This document shows, in pieces, positions 57,465 to 64,000 of a DNA stretch of 64,000 nt. A program made the translations under genes and the position numbers. The DNA lies in IMG/VR virus record IMGVR_UViG_3300047440_000809, positions 40,564 to 104,563 of that record; one strand, 5' to 3'. Origin of the DNA: a virus. Numbering within the stretch: position 1 is the stretch's first letter; the number at the start of each line of letters is the position of its first letter. The notes beneath the pieces are model-generated. The model worked only from the letters and a program-made list of their open reading frames with translations. It was not told where the DNA came from and made no database searches.

Positions 57465-58787
57465 CTACCACGGACGATCAGTGAGCCGCTGGTACGGCGG
57501 CATCGCTCTGAACCGGTTGTCCTCGGCGCGCTCCGCGACTCGTTCGACCTCATTGCGGTTCGCCCACCAGGAGGCGTCGAAGTTGTAGGTGCAGACGATC
57601 TTGTCGATGCAGGCGTAGCGCTCGCCGGCCATCTCCAAGAGCGGATACATCACGGCGTGATCGATGGCGAGGTCGCACCACGAGCCGTCCGGCTTGTGCA
57701 GATCCTTCGGGTCGATCTTCTTCACGAGCCCCGCGCGGAACGTCTTGAGGTGCGTGGCCCGCCAGTCCATCTTGCGCACGAGTGATCCCGCCGGGTAGCG
57801 TGAGGCGAAGCCCACGGTGCCGTCTGGCTGCATGAACTGCCCGTATGTGAGCCAGGCGCCCGCCTGGTACGCCGCAGCCACGACTTCGAGTGCGCGGTCG
57901 TGCGCCAGCCAGTCGTCGCCGTCGAGCCACACGATGACCTCGTCGTCGGGGAGTTCGACCCAGATGTCCCACGCGTTTTGGAGCGCCGCCTCCCGCACGG
58001 GGTTCTTCATCAGCCGCGTTCGCGTGTCCTGCGGGGCCATCTGCGCGTGCACGTACGTCCTGTCGTCGCTCGCGGCATCAACGTAGTAGTGCGTCCAATC
58101 CATGAAGGTCTGCCGGTACACACTCTCGATGCAACGCCTCGCCCACTTCTCTGCGTTCAGCGCCGTCGATGTGACTGTCATATGGAGAGGGCGCGGGGGC
58201 TCGCCCGGCACGAGCACGAAGAAGTTGTCGGCCGCTCCCACGTGCTGGGCGTCCGTCGCGCGCATCAGCTCGCGCAGCAGCTCGGTCTTCCGGTCGTCGG
58301 GGATCCAACCGCGCGTGCCGAACTTCGACAGCCAGTAGGAGGGTGGCTGGAGGTTCACGTGGCCCGGCCACTCCTGCCCTGGTACCGCGGCGGACCAGAC
58401 GATGTAACGACGGGCTAGCGCCGTCACGTTCGACACGATGGTGTCAGCGTACTCAGCAGGGATGTGCTCGGCGGTCTCGGTGCAGATCACCGTTGCGTAC
58501 CCGGGGTGATTGAAAGCGGCCGTGTCCAGGATGGCCCGCACCGTCAGGTCGAATGGCACGATCTCGATGTTTGGTTCGCACAGCTCTTGCGCTGCCGGCG
58601 CGTAGTCGGCTCCCAAGACATTCCACCCCAGCTCTAGCAGCCGCTTTGTCTGGAGTCCGATCCCACAACCGATGTCGAGCGCCGTCTGCACTCCCAGCAC
58701 GTTGTGGATGCAGTTCGCCAGCCGCCTATACGGCTCCCGGCGGGTTCTCATCTGCTCAAAGAAGGCCGAATCGTGCGCCTCAGCCAT
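57465..58787 (-). CDS. SAM methyltransferase plus GT2 glycosyltransferase fusion
   Basis: LDIGCGIG, ETAEH, GHVN; SVYRQT, VDAASDD, LDGDDWL, HLKTFR. Confidence 0.85.
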   Translation of the reverse strand: MAEAHDSAFFEQMRTRREPYRRLANCIHNVLGVQTALDIGCGIGLQTKRLLELGWNVLGADYAPAAQELCEPNIEIVPFDLTVRAILDTAAFNHPGYATVICTETAEHIPAEYADTIVSNVTALARRYIVWSAAVPGQEWPGHVNLQPPSYWLSKFGTRGWIPDDRKTELLRELMRATDAQHVGAADNFFVLVPGEPPRPLHMTVTSTALNAEKWARRCIESVYRQTFMDWTHYYVDAASDDRTYVHAQMAPQDTRTRLMKNPVREAALQNAWDIWVELPDDEVIVWLDGDDWLAHDRALEVVAAAYQAGAWLTYGQFMQPDGTVGFASRYPAGSLVRKMDWRATHLKTFRAGLVKKIDPKDLHKPDGSWCDLAIDHAVMYPLLEMAGERYACIDKIVCTYNFDASWWANRNEVERVAERAEDNRFRAMPPYQRLTDRPW

Positions 58788-58806
58788 GTGCGGTAGACTC
58801 TCCGTT

Positions 58807-59154
58807 GTGGACCCAGTGACGCCAGGCGCTGATTTCGGCCGGCTGATGCAGTACGGAGCCGTGGGTACCATCGCAGCGGGGCTGCTGGCGCTGGTCGTGG
58901 TCTTGGTCCGGCAGTTCGTGAACCACGCGCTCGAACAGAACAAGAAGCTCCTGGAGCGCCACGACGAGATGATGGAGCGCCACGACAAGATGCAGGAGAA
59001 GCACGTGGAGGCGATCCACGCTCTTACGAGGGCAATTCACGAGCTGAGCCGCGACGTCGGTCTCCTCTTCAACGAGGTCTCGGCTATGTCGGAAGGCTCG
59101 CGCGTGGAGGTGACGGGGCGCCATCGGATCAAGCCCCCGCGCGGCAGCGGGTAG
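58807..59154 (+). CDS. single-TM coiled-coil protein, holin-like
   Basis: QYGAVG plus TM plus coiled coil. Confidence 0.55.
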   Translation: MDPVTPGADFGRLMQYGAVGTIAAGLLALVVVLVRQFVNHALEQNKKLLERHDEMMERHDKMQEKHVEAIHALTRAIHELSRDVGLLFNEVSAMSEGSRVEVTGRHRIKPPRGSG

Positions 59155-59156
59155 CA

Positions 59157-59624
59157 TCACACCGCCTTGAGCTTGGGCGCCTCGGTCAGCTCCTTGAGCG
59201 CCTGCTTGACGTCCTTGTTCCCGTGCGCCAGCTCCGCGGCGACCCACCCTGCGATGGCCGCCTGGCGCTGCCCCGAGAGCTTCTCCCACAGCACGCAGTT
59301 CGTCAGGCGCGTGGTGCGCGTCTCGGCCGTGTAGTCGGCGATCCGCCGCAGCACGATGGCCATGAGCTGCTTGAACTCCTCGACGCGCGAGGGGTCGAGC
59401 AGCGTGCCGTACGGTGTCCGCAGGATGACGATCCCGCGAAGCTTTCGCATGTAGTCGGTCACGATCACGTTCGCCGCCCGTCGGTCCTTCGAGACCGTGC
59501 GATCCGTGATGACCTTCATGGTGTTGCCCGCGCGCGTCGAGTCCTCGTTCCGCACGCGGTTCTTCTCGCCACCCTCGACGCGGATGGTCCCTGTGATGAG
59601 AATCAGCGGCCGCAGATCGACCAT
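59157..59624 (-). CDS. hypothetical protein
   Basis: ORF track; typical codon usage. Confidence 0.65.
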   Translation of the reverse strand: MVDLRPLILITGTIRVEGGEKNRVRNEDSTRAGNTMKVITDRTVSKDRRAANVIVTDYMRKLRGIVILRTPYGTLLDPSRVEEFKQLMAIVLRRIADYTAETRTTRLTNCVLWEKLSGQRQAAIAGWVAAELAHGNKDVKQALKELTEAPKLKAV

Positions 59625-59681
59625 CCGGGAGAAGGTATCTTATTGCTGTACTGCTGGCAAATCTGCTAGCCTGTTGGCACC

Positions 59682-59933
59682 ATGAACAAGGGCGATGCTG
59701 TCACGGTCAACACGCAGCACGGAATCGGCAAGGGCACGGTCCACACGGTGGCGACAGCGAAGGGCGGAAAGCACTTCGCACAGATCAAGGCGCCGACGGG
59801 CTACGGCCACACCCTCGTCAACATCTACCTCGACCCCGAGGACGAAGGGAAGACGTGGGCAGCCGGTGACGACGAGGCCGCGCTCGACAGCGTTCAGGCG
59901 CACCTCGCGGGCAAGGCGCTGAGCGGCCGGTAG
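59682..59933 (+). CDS. DEGxxWxRG-family paralog
   Basis: NKGDAVTV...EDEGKTWAAG...LAGKAL. Confidence 0.7.
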   Translation: MNKGDAVTVNTQHGIGKGTVHTVATAKGGKHFAQIKAPTGYGHTLVNIYLDPEDEGKTWAAGDDEAALDSVQAHLAGKALSGR

Positions 59934-59938
59934 TCGCC

Positions 59939-61051
59939 GTGGACGTCCCGTTCATCGATCTGCGGCCGTACGGCGAGCTGGTGCGTAGCGGTCACTGGCA
60001 CCCCACCCGTGCGCCGTTCGACGAGGATGCCGCATACCTCCTCAACACCCGCGAGTTCATCGGCGGCGGCCCGACCACCCAGCGCTTCGAGACCGCGCTC
60101 GCCACCAAGCTCGGCGCCCAGCACGCCATCGCGGTCGCAAACGGCACCGACGCCCTGATGCTCGCGCTGCGCGCCGCCGGCATCGAGCGGGGCCACCGGG
60201 TCGCGATGCCCAACCTCACCTTCTGGGCCACCTTCGAGGCGATCGTGAACGTGGGCGCCACGCCCGTGCTGCTCGACGTCGACCCCGTCGATCTCCAGAT
60301 GGACTTCGACGAGTTCGTGCGGGCGCGCAACAACAAGCGGTTCGACGCTGCCATCCTCGTGCACCTCTACGGGTGGTGCTCGACGAAGCTCGACCAGTTC
60401 CGATCCTTCTGCCGAGACAAGCGCGTCACGCTGATCGAGGACGGCGCCCAGGCGTTCGGTGTGAAGTTCGCCGGCAAGAGCATCTTCGAGGACGCCGATG
60501 CCATCACGCTGTCCTTCCACCCGGCGAAGGTCATCGGCGGGATCGGCGACGGCGGCGCGGTCTTGACCCGGAGCGCGCGGACCGCAGGGCGGGTGCGGCT
60601 CCTAGCAAATCACGGGCGCATCGCCCACCAGGAGCACGCCGTGGTGGGGTGGAATTCGCGCATGGACGCGATCCAGGCCGCGTGGCTGCTGCGGGCGCTG
60701 GAGGTTTCTGACAAGGTGATCGATGCGCGGCGGGACATCACGCACCTCTACGGGGCGCACAGGCACGAGACGGTCCGTGGCAACGGCTACCTGGACGTGC
60801 GCCACCCCGATCACGTCGAGGCCAAAGAGGTGTTGAAGCGCCTCGCAGCCGCTGGCGTCGAGGCTCGTCAGGTCTACCCACTCACGATCGCGGACCAGCC
60901 GGGTGCGCGGCAGTATGCACTCACGATCGGGGAGCTGTCAGTGAGCCGCCACTTCGTCGAGCGCGTCGTCAACCTGCCAGTCTGGTACGGGATGACCGCC
61001 GAGGACGTGGACCGGTGCGTGGTTGCTTGGGAGAAGGCGGCGCGGGGGTGA
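59939..61051 (+). CDS. wbpE: DegT/DnrJ/EryC1/StrS PLP aminotransferase (WbpE-like)
   Basis: VPFIDL, NGTDAL, IEDGAQAFG, SFHPAKVIGGIGDGG, NSRMD. Confidence 0.82.
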   Translation: MDVPFIDLRPYGELVRSGHWHPTRAPFDEDAAYLLNTREFIGGGPTTQRFETALATKLGAQHAIAVANGTDALMLALRAAGIERGHRVAMPNLTFWATFEAIVNVGATPVLLDVDPVDLQMDFDEFVRARNNKRFDAAILVHLYGWCSTKLDQFRSFCRDKRVTLIEDGAQAFGVKFAGKSIFEDADAITLSFHPAKVIGGIGDGGAVLTRSARTAGRVRLLANHGRIAHQEHAVVGWNSRMDAIQAAWLLRALEVSDKVIDARRDITHLYGAHRHETVRGNGYLDVRHPDHVEAKEVLKRLAAAGVEARQVYPLTIADQPGARQYALTIGELSVSRHFVERVVNLPVWYGMTAEDVDRCVVAWEKAARG

Positions 61052-61671
61052 CCGTGAATGATCTCGGACGCGGTATCCAAGCGCACGCGACGGCCGTCAT
61101 CGAGTGTCGGTGGAACGACATCGGCGACGACACCAAAATCTGGCACTTCACCCACGTGATGGCCGGCGCCGATATCGGCAAGAACTGCATGCTCGGGCAG
61201 GGCGTGCACGTCGGACCGGGCGTTCACATCGGTGACGGCTGCCGCATACAGAATGGCGCACAGCTGTTCGACGGCGTGGTGCTCGAAGACAACGTCTTCG
61301 TCGGCCCGTGCGTGGTGTTCACGAACGTCAAGACACCCCGGGCCTTCGTCAAGCGCGCAAGCGCCTTCGACCGCATCGTCGTCAAGCGCGGCGCCTCCAT
61401 CGGTGCGAACGCCACCATCCTGCCCGGCGTCACGATCGGCGAGTACGCGATGGTCGGCGCCGGTGCGGTGGTGGCAGATCACGTGTCGGCACACGGCATC
61501 GTGCTGGGGAACCCCGCGCGCTGGCGCGGGTGGGTGTGCGAATGCGGCGAGGTGCTCAGCTATCCCCCCGATGTGGCCGCCGCGTGCCCGAGCTGCCACG
61601 CTCGGTACACGACCGCCGGTGATACACTCAAGCGCCTGGAGGAATCACCCAGTGGCCAAAGCTCCACCTGA
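61048..61671 (+). CDS. wbpD: left-handed beta-helix N-acetyltransferase
   Basis: IWHF.H...GQ, RIQN, VFTNV..PR, GANATI, GNPAR..GWVCECG. Confidence 0.88.
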   Translation: MTVNDLGRGIQAHATAVIECRWNDIGDDTKIWHFTHVMAGADIGKNCMLGQGVHVGPGVHIGDGCRIQNGAQLFDGVVLEDNVFVGPCVVFTNVKTPRAFVKRASAFDRIVVKRGASIGANATILPGVTIGEYAMVGAGAVVADHVSAHGIVLGNPARWRGWVCECGEVLSYPPDVAAACPSCHARYTTAGDTLKRLEESPSGQSST

Positions 61672-62023
61672 CCCGCGCCATGTCGTCCTGCGCGCCGTCA
61701 AGCGTGGAGAGGTCATCGAGCGCCCGGCGCGGACAGGTGAAGGGTATGTGAAGGAGAAAATCCACGACGAGGGGCTCTACTTTTTGCCGACCGGCGCCAC
61801 GCACGGGTTCTTCGTCGAGGCGCCAAAACTGTGGGAAGAGCTGGACAAACTGCTCGACTAGGAGGTTCGCCATGGGATTACTGCTCGCGCTGCTGCTCCT
61901 CGGTCTCATCCTCTACGCGCTGCCGCTCCACCCGAAGGTGTGCGAGATCGGCAAGCTCACGTTCTTCGCCGCGCTCCTCGGCTTCTGCATTCGCTATCAC
62001 GGCGAGTTCATGCACGCGCTCCG

Positions 62024-62887
62024 ATGACGCTCGCACTCGTGCCCGACGTCCGTGCAGTACCGAACGCGCCGAAGCGTGTGCAGCCGTTCCTTCGCTGGAC
62101 GGGAGGAAAGCGGCAGCTCGTCGATGAGATTCGCACGTGGCTGCCGCCGCAGTGGAAGGCGTACCACGAGCCCTTCCTCGGATCGGGCGCGCTGTTCTTC
62201 GCGGTCAAGCCTGTCCTCGCCTATCTGTCGGACGCGAACAACCGCCTGACTTGCACGTTCGGCGCGGTTCAGCGCGAGCTGCCCAAGGTCGTCGAGTCGC
62301 TGAAGGTCTACGCCTCGATGTACGAACAGCACGGGCCCTCGTTCTACACGTACGTGCGTGACATCGACCCTGACACCATGGAGGCACACGAGCTGGCCGC
62401 CTGGTTCATCTTCATGAACAAGACAGGCTTCAACGGGATCTGGCGCGTGAACGCCTCGGGCAAGTACAACGTGCCGGCGGGAAAGTTCACGACCCCGCCG
62501 AAGGTCTGCGACGAGGAGACGCTCGGGGCGTGCTCGAAGGCGCTCGGGGGCGCCACCGTCATCAACGCCGACTTCCGCTCGGTCGAGCAGCGCGCGATGG
62601 CGGGGGACTTCGTCTACTTCGATCCGCCGTACGTGCCGCTCTCCACCACGGCCGACTTCACCGCGTACACTGCCGAAGGCTTCAAGCATGGCGATCAGGT
62701 GGCTCTGCGCGACGTCGCCCGGCGGCTCAAGAAGAAGGGCGTCTACGTGATCCTCTCGAACTCCGCAGCGCCACTCGTGCGCGAGCTGTACGCAGACGGC
62801 TTCGAGATTCGCGAGGTGAGTCGGAAGGGCTCGATCAGCGCCAAGACCGAAGACCGCGGGCGCGTCACTGAGCTGCTGATCCGCTAG
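62024..62887 (+). CDS. Dam-family (D12) DNA adenine methyltransferase
   Basis: WTGGK, EPFLGSGA, GFNG.WRVN, YFDPPY, LSNS. Confidence 0.92.
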   Translation: MTLALVPDVRAVPNAPKRVQPFLRWTGGKRQLVDEIRTWLPPQWKAYHEPFLGSGALFFAVKPVLAYLSDANNRLTCTFGAVQRELPKVVESLKVYASMYEQHGPSFYTYVRDIDPDTMEAHELAAWFIFMNKTGFNGIWRVNASGKYNVPAGKFTTPPKVCDEETLGACSKALGGATVINADFRSVEQRAMAGDFVYFDPPYVPLSTTADFTAYTAEGFKHGDQVALRDVARRLKKKGVYVILSNSAAPLVRELYADGFEIREVSRKGSISAKTEDRGRVTELLIR

Positions 62888-63162
62888 AGGTGCCCGCGGT
62901 CCGTGGTGATGGCCACCTTCGCGCGCGCCCAGCCGTCCATCATGTTTTTGAGGATGTAGTCGATGTCAGCGATGAAAGTCTGCTGATCACCTTGTCCGTA
63001 CGTCGGATACAGTTGCGAAAGGCGGAGCAGGCGCTCTCCCACATCGATAACGCATCGACCTGCTGTTGCAATCGCCGAGCTGATCCGCGAGTCGCGGTAC
63101 TCCCGCGTGCGCTTGTGTGGAGGGATGGGTTTCTCGCCATTGCCGTTTTCACCGTTTGCCAT
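62884..63162 (-). CDS. hypothetical protein
   Basis: ORF track; RBS. Confidence 0.5.
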   Translation of the reverse strand: MANGENGNGEKPIPPHKRTREYRDSRISSAIATAGRCVIDVGERLLRLSQLYPTYGQGDQQTFIADIDYILKNMMDGWARAKVAITTDRGHL

Positions 63163-63195
63163 CCTTTAACGCTCATCTGAGTTTCTGCAAGCCCC

Positions 63196-63744
63196 TCACG
63201 CCGCCGCCGTCTGCTTTCGCTTGCGCACTGCGCTAGCGGCCATCGCCAGGATGAGCAGAACGGACCCACCACCCACTACCCACCAGATCCAGCGGTTCTC
63301 GTCGCCGAGCGCCCCCGAGGATGCATCCGCGCCGGGTGTGGGCGCGAATGACACAGCGGTTCTAAGAGCACGCAGCGCCTTCTGCGCGGACGCAGGCGTC
63401 GGGATCACACCCCCGTGAGACTCGACGTACTGGGTGACTTGCGTCGCGAGGTAGTTGACGTGCTGACGGACGTACGTGAGTGACATCGGCGCGGGGGCGC
63501 CGAGGTAGGTCGCGAAGGCATAGTTCGTGGCCTTGACAGTGGCCGGACCTATGGCGCCGTCGACCTTGAGCCTAGACAGCGTCGAGTCACCGTTCGCAGT
63601 ACCGAGCGCCTTCAAGGCGTTTTGGAGCAGCGTGGCGGGCGATATGCGTGAGCGGATCTGCTGCCGCGCGATCACCTGTGCATTCTTATGCTGAAGCAGA
63701 TCGAGCTGCTCGGCAGTCGGCTGGCCAAATCCGCCGGTGATCAT
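63196..63744 (-). CDS. membrane-anchored protein with peptidoglycan-binding-like motif (paralog of 24553-25413)
   Basis: LLQNAL...VDGAIGPATVKATN; C-terminal TM plus RKRK. Confidence 0.7.
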   Translation of the reverse strand: MITGGFGQPTAEQLDLLQHKNAQVIARQQIRSRISPATLLQNALKALGTANGDSTLSRLKVDGAIGPATVKATNYAFATYLGAPAPMSLTYVRQHVNYLATQVTQYVESHGGVIPTPASAQKALRALRTAVSFAPTPGADASSGALGDENRWIWWVVGGGSVLLILAMAASAVRKRKQTAAA

Positions 63745-64000
63745 GACGCAGGTGCGGGCGGAGTCGATCCGGAGGGCGTGGTGATGGTGGCGGTCGCGGC
63801 GCCGGCGGTCACACGTGCCTGCACGCGCCCGAACGGCGCCTTGCGCACGAGCTGCGTCGATAGCAGATGAGTGCCGTCCTGGAGGCCCGTGCTGGCGTTG
63901 TTCTCGTTGAACGTGCGGACAGCCTTGGACATCTTGACGACGCCGAGGCCCGTGTCCTGCTCGTCGACCTCGCGGAACCACGTGGCGTTCTTGACGACCG

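Noticed and set aside
1-64000. tRNA/rRNA genes, IS elements, reverse transcriptase/DGR, DNA polymerase, terminase
   Set aside because: None recognised by eye; tRNAscan and HMM searches are needed to exclude them formally.

Overview
A gene-dense, high-GC window with no bacterial housekeeping genes. It looks like part of a large virus or provirus genome. The host is plausibly a myxobacterium (inference from a Gly/Cys-rich lipoprotein and sigma54-type promoters). No terminase, portal, HK97 capsid or tail genes are recognisable. Instead, about 19.6-42 kb carries a candidate jelly-roll capsid cluster, many membrane-anchored proteins, a transglutaminase-like Cys protease, an SLT transglycosylase and two collagen-like fibres, which suggests a tailless, membrane-containing virion. 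Main highlights: (1) a RAMP/Cas7-like gene, a partner gene and a non-coding array at 49.1-50.9 kb. The array is built from degenerate 5-nt GG-N-NN units with a GGCAGGC boundary every ~68 nt, making it a candidate non-CRISPR RNA-guided system. (2) A complete but scattered WbpA/B/E/D pathway for UDP-2,3-diacetamido-glucuronate plus about 6 glycosyltransferases, suggesting virion glycosylation. (3) A recurrent hydrophobic-x-Gly motif in virion proteins, suggesting adenovirus-like proteolytic maturation. (4) Nine dispersed 'DEGxxWxRG' paralogs. (5) Two related promoter-proximal terminator leaders and two promoter classes (sigma54-like and leaderless sigma70-like). Also present: a MoxR AAA/vWA module, a tyrosine recombinase, a Dam-family methylase and a GH25 lysozyme. 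All calls are from motif recognition by eye; no searches were run.
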